Source of the DNA: Protoeuglena noctilucae
Lineage: Eukaryota
Length of the DNA: 64,000 nt
Reading direction: 5' to 3'
Assembly (NCBI GenBank): GCA_958009085.1
Contig: OY253681.1
Location: forward strand, 372,001 to 436,000
In this document: positions 39,580 to 52,400 of the stretch, one piece after another
How positions within the stretch are numbered: the stretch's first letter is position 1
How the letters are laid out: every line of letters starts with the position of its first letter
Position numbers and translations under genes: made by a program
The notes under the pieces: model-generated
The model's database searches: none
Told to the model about the DNA's origin: nothing
What the model saw: only the letters and a program-made list of their open reading frames with translations

Positions 39580-42500
39580 TCAGTCCCCGTGCTCGTCCAG
39601 CCACCGCCCCAGCATGGGCGGCATCGCCAGCGCGCCAGTCGTGGCGGACCGCTGCGGCCGCGGGGGCCACTCGTCCGCCCTGTCGCCGGTCAGGGCCTCC
39701 CCTCGCCCAGGCGCCACGCTCAGCGGAGGCAGCGGTGCCCCCGCACGGCCGCCGAGCGCGCGCATGGAGCTGCTCGCGTGCAGCGCCTGCGTGCATCCCA
39801 GCACCTGGCCGCCGCCCGACGCCGACACGTCGCCGCCCAGGTTGCCGAAGAACGACACCCTGCAGAGAAAAGCCCCGGGGAGCGACGGATGCCCGATCCG
39901 CGACGTAATAGATACCCCCTTACTTGCAAACATCTACGTGCGACGCTCACCCGCGGCTCCCGTGGACGACCGCGAGGTCCAGCACGCGGATGCCCGGGCC
40001 CGCGTTGCTCTCGATCTTCGCGTCCCCGCCCACGCGCAGCATCGCGCCCTGCCCCGACACGAGCGCCCCGGCCGCGCCGTTGCGCGAAGTCGCCAGCCCG
40101 CCCCGGCACTCGAGCGCGGCCCCCACGACCCTGCATGGGGACGGATGAAGGGCGCTATGTTGGCTGAGCCATTGAAACCGTCGGCGCAGGTGGCTCCCCG
40201 TTCCGCGCCCGCACGCACCGCAAGCCGTCGAGGGCATTCTCGACCGCCTCGCATGTCCCCAGCTGCAGGCTGGCCCCGTCCACGACTTGCACCCCAACGC
40301 CCCCGTTGCCCACCGCACGCACATCCGCCACATCCCCCATCACACCCCGGCCGCTCAGCAGCAGGCCGCCGCCGGCATTCTGCGAGCCACGCGGAACACA
40401 AGACTCACCCGCCACGCGCCGCACTCGCAAAACGCGTGTCGCCAGGGTCCATTGCAACGACCTCCATGCCATACCCGCTGGCTCTCCCACCTGGCGCAAG
40501 ACGAGGCCGCGGCCCCTGAGCCGGCTTCCCTGCCCCTGCACGGACACCCCGACCCCCGCGCCTTTGGTCACCGTCACGCCGTCCACCCACAGCGTCCCGG
40601 TCCCGGCCAACTCCACCGCGGGCCCCGCGCACCGCGCCACGCTCACGTCCGAAAGCGTCGCCTCGGACCCCGCGCCCATCAGCACGCCGCCAAAGAAGGA
40701 CGACACGGAGCACCGCTCCACGCGTAGTCCGCGGCAGAAGCGCGAGGCTGCGATCGCCACAGCCCGCGCCTGTCGCGCACCGGCGCCCTCCAGGTGCAGC
40801 CCTGTGAGAGTCACGTCCCCGGCGGCCACCGACAGCAGGCACGGGCACCCCGGGTGCTGCGCTTCCGCCAGCCGCCGCGCCGCCACCTCCGCGCGCGTCG
40901 TCGCCCCCGCCATCGTGCGCAGATCGTCTGACAGCTCCATGCACATCCGGTCCATCGGGTCCCGACGCACGGGCGGCTGCGGGTCAATATACGGGGCCAG
41001 AGTGCACGGGTCAAGTGAGCGCATGACACCCCACCAGGGGTGCAGTGGCTCGCTTGCCACCAAACGCGAGCGACCCGCTGCTCGTCGTGCACCTGTAGAG
41101 CAGTGAAGCCCGGCTCGAACCACAACCGCCCGTTGCGCAGCTCCACGCCCGCGTTGCGCACCACCAGCCCTGCCCCCAGCCGCCGCGCCTCCTCCCCACT
41201 CAAATGCACCGTCACATCCTGCCCCATCAAGTCCACGCGGCGCACCCGGGGATGGTCCAGCACCCTGCAAAAGACCAGAAAGGCCGAGATGAGCGAGCGA
41301 GCAAGCGAAGTGGCACCCACAGACAAGCCAGCAGCGTCTGCAGACACCGCACATTTGTCATCTTGTCCCATGTGCAAACAGACGGTGACTGGTTGCAACA
41401 CATGTCTTACAAAGTCAAAACCAAGCCTCTCCGACTCACCGCTGCAGCACCCCTCGAGTCATGCCCTCCCACGCGTGCACCTCCTCCACCGCCCCCGCGC
41501 ACGCCCCCCGCAACACCTCCTCTGGCAGACGATTCAGCGACAGCAGCACCGTCACGCGCTCCAACACCCGCTCCGCCAGCTCCCGGTCCCCCCGGTCCGC
41601 ACAGGTCCCCGCCACTTCGGTCGCGGCTTGGTGCACGCGAGCCAAACCGTCCCACGCCCGGCCAGGCTCCCGCAGATCCACGCCCAGCCGCCTCGCTGCC
41701 TCGTGCGCGCTCGCATCGGGCCCATGCCTTCCCGACGCCCGCGCCCCCGCCTCCTGCCCCCGCTCCTCTCGCCGCGACGTCGACGGACCCGCCATGGGCG
41801 CCGCACCCTCGGCCCGCCCCCTGCCCTCTGCAGCCCGCGTTCCCATCGCATCCTTCGTCAGCGGCGTCGCTGCCCGAGAGAGGGACGCCGCGGGGCTCGA
41901 CGCGGACTCCGCATCGACGTGCAACTTTGCACGCAGCGCCGCGCGCGTGGCCTCCACCTCCGCGAGCAGCGACATGCCCAGGCGTCGGCGGGGCGGCTGC
42001 GCGCGAGTTGCCTCAGCGGTAGAACTCGGTTCGCCCGGGCCACGGGCGGCAGGCGCCTCGTCGGCCGGGCCAAGGAGGGGCTGCACGTCGGTGGCAGGCG
42101 ACGGGCACTGCGTGGTCGCGTCGTCGCCTGCGGCCGGCTTGGCGGCTCCCTCAGATACATCTCTTGCGACGTTCGGGTCATCAGGGAGAGAGCGGGTCTC
42201 GGCCGCAGGCGCGTTCGCAGCGCCTCCGTTGTCGCCAGGTCCGCCGGCGACAGGACCCGCGTCCCGCTCGAAGCGCAGCAGCGCGGCGACTCCCGCGCGT
42301 GCGGCGGGCGTATCCCGAGACAGGCGCGGGTTGTTACCGCGGTGGCGGTCGGCCGCAGCGCTCAGATGCCATCCGCTCCCAGCAGGCGCCTCCCGTTTGT
42401 CCGCAGCCGGCGCTGCGGTCAGGAAGGGGGATGCGGGCGCCACGGCCCCATCCACTTCCCGTCGCTGCGCCTCTGGCCCTCCCCGGGCCGACCGTGCCGC

Positions 42501-42969
42501 CCGCGCGGACCGGGATGTCGCGACAATCAGTGACAGGGGGATTTGCGGCTTCCCTGCGAGCCAATGCGTGGACCGCGGTTGGTATGGACGTCGTAGGGAA
42601 GACAGTGCGTGCGTAGCAGAGGGCAGCCGCCCTCGCCTTGGACCACTCCGGCCGTGAGAAAGGGCGACGCAGGCGACTCATTTCCAGTGCCACTCGCGGG
42701 TTGGCTCCGAGCGCGGGACTGCGGTATATCGTGGTACGTCGGTTTGAACCCAGCGCGCCAATGGGGGGCCCGGTTGGTGGACCTTCGGGCTCGCGGGGGC
42801 CGCGTCTATTCGCGGTGGGACTCACCGCGCGCAAGTCGTCCAGAAGCGGAGCCAGCTCGGCCAAGCAATCGAGCAGCACGCGTCTCTGATACTCCTCCGA
42901 CAGCAGGACGGTCAGAGCGGCCTCGGGCACCGCGAGGTGCCACAGCCCGTCCATGCCCGTGCCAAGCAT
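39580..42969 (-). CDS. Right-handed parallel beta-helix (pectin-lyase-like) repeat protein of unknown function
   Basis: C-terminal half has recurring beta-helix-like rungs (VTLTGLHLEG, LRVERCSVSSFFGGVLM, ATLSDVSVARCAGPAVEL, VRAVGNGGVGVQV, NGAAGALV, IESNAGPGIRV). N-terminal exons from 42969 link phase-consistently through a GT and a GC intron. Start codon tentative. Confidence 0.6.
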
Positions 42970-43493
42970 GGCGGCAGTGAGCTGCGGACGAGGCCGAGGG
43001 CCCAGCTCGGAGCAGCGATCCCGATGACGGAGTAATGACTGCAAGGTGTCGTCGCTGATCAGTGGGAAGGTCACACGGTCACGGCGGCACGAGAGTCGGT
43101 GACACTGGCACTCAGATGTCGTCAGATATCCTTTAATCGAGCAACTCGTCTTTAAGGGTGCGGCTGAAAGAGCGGCCGGGCATGTGAGTAGCTAGATCCC
43201 AGAAGTGGAAGGAAAAGGAGAGCAAAGGCCCGTCTACTGCATCTGCATGTGCATGGGCTGTCCAAGGGCTGTCCAAAGGATAGGAAAGCCATTCGGGAGA
43301 TAGGGTAGGGGGAACTGAGACCACGCATTGCAGCAACGCAAGAAAAGCTCACACGAAAGCACATTGCAAGGAGTCCAAAGGCGACGTTGTAGGGCAACAG
43401 ACGATGCAATGCGTCCGCGACGGGCGGAGGCGGGTTGCGACCCGCTGGCCAGCTAACAAGGCAAGGGCAGGGCACGCAGCCAAGCCAACCACC

Positions 43494-46400
43494 TCATGAC
43501 AATGCCACAACTTTGTTTCCACTGCATGCAACGATCACGGGCTCCGCGGCGCCCAGCTTGGACCGGAGGCGCTCGCCCTCGGCCGCCACTGCGGCGGCGC
43601 GGCTGGCGACGGCTGCGGCGGCGGGATCCGAATCCTTGACGTCGCTGGTCGCGGTACCGAGCTTGGCGTCCACCAGGCGCGCCAGGAGCATCGCCTCCGT
43701 GGCACCCATGGCACGGGAGGGACCCATGACGCGACGTGCGACATCAAGCATGATCTGGGGCGGAAAGCACGGGCGCGTGTGAGTATATGTTACAGACACT
43801 TGAGAAAGAGTGCATGCTGCAGGTGCATTTGCAGTGCTGGTGGACGGCAAAGCCAGGGTAGCTAGCGAAGTGTGACAGCCAGGGGCACCGCCATGCGACG
43901 AGAGACACAACACGCGAGACAGACAACGACTGCCTTTCATGAGCCAAGAGCTTCTCAACGGCATTCGCATTCGCATTATCCGCTCACCTCGGCTGCCTCC
44001 ACGACGTCCTCGAGGTCCCGGATGGCCGGGGTGGCCTGGGACAGGGGCCGGTGGGGCGTGACGACGACACGCAGTGCGTCCCACTTGCGGCCTGGGAAGA
44101 GGCAGCCGTGCAGGAAGCGGACGAAGCTGGAGCGGCGGGGGGCCTGGATGACCGCGCCCAGGGCGCTTAGGCCCATGACCAGGGCCTCGACTGCCGCCTG
44201 CGGGTGCAGAGAGAGGGGCGGGGTGCGCATGACGGGTGGCGTTGTGAGGGCTTGGCGTTGAGGTGCATGGGACGCGGGGGAGGTACCAAGGACTGTGCTG
44301 TTCAGTCTCTCCCTGCCTATGTCCACTCCACCCCTCCACCCTTCCTTCCTCACCTCCACGTGCCCCATCCCCAGGTACGCCCTGGCCGCGATGCGCGACC
44401 ACAGCGCCTCCCGCCTCGGATCGACGTCAAAGACATCCCTGGCAGGCACCACCTTGGCCCCGTGCCTGCTCTTCTCCGTCTCCCGGCTCTTCCTCTTGCC
44501 CCCCTCCTTCTCCTGCACCCACAGGCCGAGCAAGATGGTCAGGCAAAGCGGGCAAAGCCATGGGGTCAAGCTATGGGCGCGACTGGCTCTGTCGAACTAG
44601 CCGGACAGCTGCCCACCCGGGGCTGTGGCAGCTGGCACATCGCGACGGGTGCGCATTCCATCGACAATGCTACTACGCAACCCTTGCAACAGTGCGTTCA
44701 TGTCATGTCATGTCACCTCTTCCGCTCCGCTCTCCGAGGGCTGGGCGTCCCACTGGTCGTGGAAATCCTCATCCATGGAGGGCAGGATGGTGTAGGCGGT
44801 CTCCTCTGCCTTCTGCGGGGAGCAATGGGAATGAAGAGGTTGTGAGCGGGGTGTAGGGTTACGAGGGCGCGTGCGAGCGGGGCGGGAGGGGCGGGCAGGG
44901 TGGGTGTGCAAGCAGCAAGAGAGGGTGGGGTAGCGGAAGGGCCAAGCAATCAATCATGTCCTCTTATGCGCAAGCAGCGCACACCACAGTGCGTGATCTG
45001 GTGCACCCCAACCCGACGCGTCGCCCGCACCGCAGCGCGTGGTCTGGTGCACCCCACTTCGCCTCACCTCGAGCAGCGCGAGCGCCTCGGGGTCCGCCCC
45101 GTGCTCCAGCGCCTGCTGTGCCGCTTCTTCCCATAACTCCACCGCCAGTCGCACGCGGGACGATAGCGAATGGTCCACATACCCAAGAGAGCGCGAGAAG
45201 TGCTCCGCGAGCGTGGCGGGGGGTACGGGCGCAGAGGTCAGCGCCTGTGCCTGGGTGTGGCCCTTGTCGACGGCACGGTGTGCAGCCAGGAGTTGCTGCG
45301 GGGGAGGCGAGGGTGGCGGGGGATGATGTCAGCATGCACATGTTTAGATCAATCAAGCGCTTGCCAGACAACCATGTAGTTGTCTCCCATCACGCATATT
45401 TCTAGACTCTTTTCATCGCTATCCTCACCTGTCCGACGGCCATGTGGATCTTGGCGCGCTGGGTGGCGGGGACCAAAGAGTACGCCACGTCTCGCACGAC
45501 CCCGGCAGCGAAGTGCAGGCGCTCCCTCGCACCGGGGTCGGCCCATTCCAGGAATCGATTGGAGACGAGGACGTCCAGGTCGCGGCACTGGGGGTGAGGT
45601 TGATATTGATAGGGGGAGTGAGGGTGAGGGTGAGGGTGGGGGTGGTAAGGGTGGCAGTGGGGGTGGCAGTGAGGGTGAGGGTGCGGCAGGGAAAGCACAC
45701 AATGAAAGCCTGAGCTGTGCCATGACTGCGTCACGGCAGGAGTGTCGTGCGACATCGCAACTGCTCACCAGTGCCCGCATGGACTGGCGGATGGGGTGGA
45801 CGGCCTGCAGGAGGTGGCAGGTGAACGCCTCGCCGAGGATGGAGGCCACTTTGAGGGTCAGCTGCTCCGTGGCCTTCAATGCGTCGATGCGGTTGGTGAT
45901 GAGGGACGTCTGCGTGCGTCAATAACACGACAGTGTCAACAACCATGACAAATTGTATATCCAGTGTATAATCAGTTGTGTATTCTGATCGTGTTGAATA
46001 TAAGAGACTGCAGGTACCGTGCAACTCGACACGCGCATCGTGCACAGACCCACACCGAGTGGTGCAAGCGTCACAAGCACACTATGCTTGCAGCGGCTCA
46101 CCAGGGGCAGCTCGTCGTCCACCACGGATTTCAAATCGTGCACGGCCCGGAGCTGGTCGGGGGGGTCCATCTGCAGAGAAAGCGCAAGATAGATGAGAGC
46201 AATCTTTGCACAGCCAAAGAAGGAAAAATAAGATCCAAGGCATCCGAGCGCCATGAGCACCATTACTACTTCATACTCGCCTGGGAGAGGTACCCGAGGA
46301 GTTGCTCGGTGAGTAAGGGGTGGCCTTGGGTGCGCTCGAAGATGAGGTGGTGCGACTGGGCGGGGATGCTGTCGGGACCGCACAGCGAGTGGATGAGCTG

Positions 46401-49400
46401 AAGGACCTGGTCGGCGCTCAGCGCGTCCAGCACCAGCCGCTCCGTGCGCGGGCTGGCCACGATGTTGCTGCGAGCAAGGCACGGCACATACTGACTTCAG
46501 AGACGGAGTTGTGACATTCGCAATACGAAGCCAGTCGATGCAAACTACATCGGAGCATCACATGCTCGCGCTTCACCTGAAGATGGACCTCGCGTAGGCG
46601 GGCGCCTGGTGTCCCGGGTCCACGCTGAGCACCACAAACACGCCCTCCACCCCGAGCGTGACATTACGCAGGAGCATCCAGCTGGGCCTGTCGAATGTCT
46701 GCACGTCGTCCAGGAGGATCACGGGCTTGCCGAGCGTGCCGGCCGCGCAGCGGATGACCTGGGTGAAGGAGCAGGAAGGAGCGGGTGGGTGAGTGTGAGT
46801 CGTGTCAAAGGTTGCACACGCACCCGACTCTGCCTACTGCATGAGCTCCAAAAGTATTGTTTGCGAACTGAAACGAGGCCAACGGCATTGACACCCACGA
46901 CCCTGCTGGTCCCCATACTTGTGCATTTGTCATACCGGCGAATAGCAAATGGCAACAGATGGTCAACTATCTCGTCTCAATACTCGCCTTGACCAGGATA
47001 TCCGCGATCGAGTCCTCGTCGAACGAAGACCGGCCCTCCTGGGACGGCCGGGGGATGCCCTCGGGCCGACTGGAGGCGCAACTGGACAGCGTGCGCACGG
47101 GGCCGCCGTCCTGGCCGCCAGGGAGGGAGCCCGCCTGGGGGAGAACCCGAAAAGGGTTTGTTCGATAATGAGACAGAGCATAAACAGATCCCTCGTCCCT
47201 CACCCCCGCACTCAGCGTAACACTGCGTATGACATCATGTACGCAGACAGCGCAGCGGTGCGGTGCGGTTTACTCGTCACCTCCCGTTCCCGGCTGGCCA
47301 TCCGGTCTCGCTCCGCGGTGCTAGCCGCGCGCGCCCTCGAGCTCGCCAGGGCCTTCCCGCTCACTCCGGACGTGGGCAGGCGCCTCACGCCGCCGGACCC
47401 CGTGGCGTCGCCAGGGGCCGTGCCGGCGTGGCCAGGATCGTGGCCCGAGCAGGACCCCTCCACTCGCGACTTCACCACGCTGCCCTGCCGCGCGTGCCCG
47501 GGCGCCATGAGGAGGCGCCGGGGGAGCTTTAGGGCGTGGGCAAGGGACGAGACGGCGTCGCTGCGGGGGTGGGGCGGGGCGGGGCGGGGGTGGATGACAA
47601 GACTAACAGGGGTGTTTCTTGTCGAATGTGGGTATCACGCTGGCGACGAGTGCCTTCGTGAACATGTGAGTAACACAGTCAGCGCCAGGTACAGAACTCT
47701 ACCAACACTCACTTGTACCCCGGCACGCTGGCGACAAGGGCCTTCATGAACCGGAGCCCGGCGTCTTCTCGGTTGAGCACGGCGTGGTGGGAGAAGATCT
47801 GCTGGATGACGATTGCCCAGGGGGAGAAGGGGACCATGGAGTTGCGCTGGCCTTGCTGCAGACACGGGGAGCGTGGCAACACGGTGAGGGATGGGAGCAA
47901 GGCATGCCAGGCCTGTGCGACCACGTAGCAAGCCTGGAACGGCGATTCTGCATTCGCTTTGGCGCCACTGTGTCGCATCCCAGCCTTATCATGACCCAAT
48001 CACTCACCACGCCTTGCCAGTCACCCATTCGTGACCCATTCCCCCTCACCTTGGCGTCCAGCACGATCATCTCCGTCTCGGCCGCCGTCTGCCCCCGCAG
48101 GTACGCCATGAACGCCGACTTGCCCATCCCGCTGTGCGCCTCGAGCACCACCGTGTGCCCCACCCCTGTCGACATATAGCGGTGCAGGAGGCGGTTGAGC
48201 GTCGCCAGCTCCCGGTCCCGGCCCATCAGGCCGCCCGACACCATCGCCTGGCTCTGGTACACGTCCCGGATCTCATAGACCTGCGGGGTTGGGACGTCGA
48301 AGGGCTCAGATGGGACTGACACTTGACTCGTAACTGTTTGTGACTGTGATATTGTGATAAACACAACATCTTCTTTCATGCGGGCACGAGTACGTGGTGC
48401 GCGAACATCCAGACCATGCGCTCGTGACGTAAGTGCATGATGTATAAAACACTCACGTGGATGGGGTGGGTGCGTCCCTTGACCTTGACTGGGCTCAGGG
48501 TCTCGAACGCAGCGCCCACGCGCGCCCCCAGCTGCGGAGAGGACAGGCAGAGGCGTTAACATGCAGTTCTCGGGTCATTAGGCTGAGCTGGGCACGGTTG
48601 CATAAGCCCCGCCCCACTTGCCGACACCACGGCAAGACATGACCTGATCGGACCACCCCGACATGCAATTGCGTTGCCCAGCCGCGCCCCTCGCCTGCGT
48701 GACGTCGTCGCACACGAGCCGCCCCAGCCCCCTCCGGGCCTGCACCATGAGCCGGGCGCTGAGGTTGATGGCGTTGCCAAAGACCGTGTATTCGGTGTGC
48801 AGCCCCCGCGCCCCGATGGTCGCGCAGAGGAGCTTCCCAGTCGCAATGCCCATGAAGCATCCGAACCCCTTGGATGCCAAGGCGTCGCGGATGCCGATCG
48901 CGGCCCGCACGGCGCGGTGGGTGTCGTCCGAATGGGACCTCCCCGGGAGGCCGAAGGCGCAGATGGCGACGTAGCCCTTTTCGCAGCATCGGAACTGCAG
49001 CATGTGCCCGTCCAGCTTGTTAATGACGGCGAAGATGGCGGAGAAGTGGGCGATGGCGACCGACAGGGCCCGCTCGGGACTGCTGGCCCGGTCCTGCACG
49101 GCGCGCTCCAAGCCGGGAAGGCCGATGAACTGCGGGGGAGGAGGGGTGGGTGGAGTTGTTGACAGGGTTCGTGGTAACGAAAAGGCCGATGAACTGCAGG
49201 GAGGGGGCGGGGCAGGGGAGGAGGGGTGGGTGGGTGGAGTTACACTGGCAGGGTTGTGGTCAGATGAGCTCAGTGGCAGTAGAGCGGGGTTGCAGGTGAG
49301 GGTGGGGTGGCAAGACGGGAGCGGCGGACTTGTGATGTTTCTTGCGATGTCGCGGTGGTCGCAGCACGCACTTATCCAGTCACGATCACCATGTGTCCGT

Positions 49401-52400
49401 TCTCATCGACTCACCATGGTCGAGCACATGCGCACTTCGTTGAGGAATTCCCCCTGTCCGATCTTGACCCGCTCGTGCAGGAACTGGGGCACGTGGCCGT
49501 TCACGACCTGCCACAGCCGGGCCGCCTTGCGCTCGTCAAGCGCAGACAGGGGCATGCGGTCCACGATCGACGTCGGCGGGGGTGCCTGGGACTAAGAGAG
49601 GAAGGGAGAGAGGGTAGTGGGTCTAGTGACAATCTGTATGTATCTTGAACTACGAGATGGAGTCGGTGGTGGGGTGTCAGGTCTGTAGGGCCTTACCCTC
49701 ATCGCGCTCCTCACCTTGACGGGTTCGCCCGACTGCCCCGACGAGGCGCTGCCGTGCGTGGCGGTGCTGAGGTCCCGTGCGGCGTCCGAAGAGACGACCG
49801 ACTGAGAGACGACCGACTGGGACGGGGCGGGCGCGACTTGCGTGGAGGTGCCAGACGTGGGGTCCCGCAGGTCCACGGTGGAGGAACTCAGGCCCACTTG
49901 CGCCTGGACGTTGGACGTCGATCGCAGGAACTGCTTGAAGGTGTGCCGCACTGTACCAAACGGCACCGCTAGGTCCGTCAGGAGGTGGCCCAGGCCCAGG
50001 CGGTCCGCTGCAGGGAAGGCAGAGATCATGGTAAAAATTCTACTCGTAGATTCGATTCTACGGTCGTCGTTGCGATGGCGTGGGGCGGCTGGGACGACGC
50101 GAGGGGTGCAGTCGGCAGCGGCGTGTTTGCTTGCGCTGTGGCGGTGACACGGGGTGTGGTCTGTGCATGGCAGACTGCGTGGCGTGGCCCACTGCTGCCT
50201 TTGCCAACGAGACGCATAAGAACATTTGGTCACTCCGTGCCGTGTGAGCTGGGCATTGCCGGCGCCGCTCACAGTGGATGAGACCCCGTATGCGGTGCAT
50301 GACCTCGTCCGACGCGATGGCGGCCCCCGCCAGCGCACTCTCGTCCAGCTCCAGGATCTGCCGGAAAGGTCGCCGCGTCCCGAGCGAGTCGGGCTCGTCC
50401 GTCGATCCAGGGCCGTCTCCCACGAATGCCTCCCACCGCTCGATCCCTGCAATGCTCTCGCCCTGCACAGCAGACCGACACCCAGGGCCACATGTGCAAC
50501 GCATCTACCTCATATCGTGTCTCACACAGGCTCCCCAACAGATTACCCTCACTAACTCTGTCTCAGAGACTGCAAGAGAGAGTGAGGCACACAGTCAAGC
50601 ACGACGATGTGCGAACCGCAGAAAGTGTCCCTCAAGTGTAAGTGAAAATCTGAACCGAGAGCATCGCACCTGGGCTTGCACGTGCACGAGGGAGATGCGC
50701 CCACACGCGACCAGGACCTTGAGCTGCAGCTGCACCACGTCCCGGAAGCCAGAGTCACTTGCGCCTGCTGCGGGGGGGGGGGAGTGGCTCATGTCATATC
50801 AGTGGCGCAGTCCGCTGTGCCGTGAATGAGGGACCCGTGGACTAGGCTGCACGTCCATGCCAACGGACGGTGGCCCTGTCCCTGCCCAGCCACACCTCCA
50901 TCTCTACCCTGACCAACCAAACCAACCAAAGCTCGCGTCTCACCCGTCGTCTCTCGCGTGGAAGAGGGCATCGGGTCTTGCCTTGTAGACAGGAACTCCC
51001 TGCCCCGGAGCCGCCCCTCCCGCGGCTTCCTCTCGTCCAGAATGGCCATGCTGCGCAGGGGGACGCACAACAAGTTTGACGCCCAACACAGCCACCCGAG
51101 CCGCAGGGGCTGTGCGGCAGGCATGCTAAAGCGCGTGGGTTGTCGGAACAGGCGGAACATGAGCAGCAGACAGCATTCTCCACAAGTGCAGCGGCGGTCC
51201 GCGGCAATGGTGGGTCGAGCGCCATCGCACACCGCCGTCGCCCATCGCCGCACTCACTGGCGCGAGTCCGGCCGGTCGCGGATCGAATCCGAGGAGTAGA
51301 GCGCGTTGGCGGGCGGGGCCAGCATGCTCGCGACCGTGGCCGCGCTCATCTCCACGCTGCGCCGCGCCATGGCGCTCCCGTGCAGTGCGGTGCGGTCCAT
51401 GGATGCCGACGCGCCCGATTGGAAAACGGCCTGGTGGTTGAAGGCGGCCACGGACGAGCTCTCGAAGGGGCCCTTGTGCTTGCCGCCGATGCCGCGGCTG
51501 CGACCGAATGGTGAGGAGCGGATGCCGGTTGCCGGTTGCAAGGGGCCCGTCACCCGCGCTCCGCCTCGGTTCCACCTGCCACGCCGAGACAGGACAACGC
51601 GAGTCTCCGAGCAAGCCCCGCGCACCTGTTGTGGTTGAGGCGGCTGTTCTTCCCGCCCATGTCCTGTTGCAAGCTGCGGCCGGAGGGCTTCACGGACCCG
51701 GACCCGACCGACCCGGAGTTCCGACTGCGCGGGGGCAGAGAGGCTCGCATCGGCGTCATTCCACGGATCGTGTCAAAGGCAAGACCTATACAAAGAGGAA
51801 GGGTGTGATGGACGCCCTGCACGGCTCACCGGTTCATGGCGGCACGGACGTCAGCCGCGTCGATGCTCTTGGCGCCCTGTAACACCGTCATCTCTTGCCT
51901 GCGAGAAAGGTCTCATTAACTGATGTCGGTGAACAAACACCATCACCGGCTCAATCGCAACCAATGCTGCTAAGTCCGCATGTTGCTGTCACTGCCGCGG
52001 GCCATAACATCGCCGACACCTCCGCCGATCGCTGCACACCGCAGCATGGCTAGTCGCTGCAATCCGCATGGCTCCTCGCACCTGAGCTTCCCGACCACGC
52101 GGGGGTCGAACGCAGCCGTCCGCGCGCCCTTGAGCGCCTCAAACGCCTCTGAAGCCTCGTTCCCCGTCTCCACAGCTGACGAGCCGTCCTCATTGTCTGG
52201 GGAAGCGTTGTCCCCGGCGCTCAGGGGCCACACGATGGGAAGGGGGTGCTGCTTGCGGACGGCCACCTTGCCAGCCGGGAGCATCGCCACTGCGAGCGCA
52301 AGAGGGCACCACGGGTCAGTGCAATCGGCGACGGTCTCATGGCTCCTCCAACCAGGCGCAAGCCGGGGCAAGAGGGGCCCTCTTGCAACAACAGGACTCC

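Noticed and set aside
43075..43493. Short ORFs between the cyclase stop and the beta-helix gene
   Set aside because: Lower-GC, pyrimidine-rich on the sense strand and without motifs; best read as 3' UTR or promoter.
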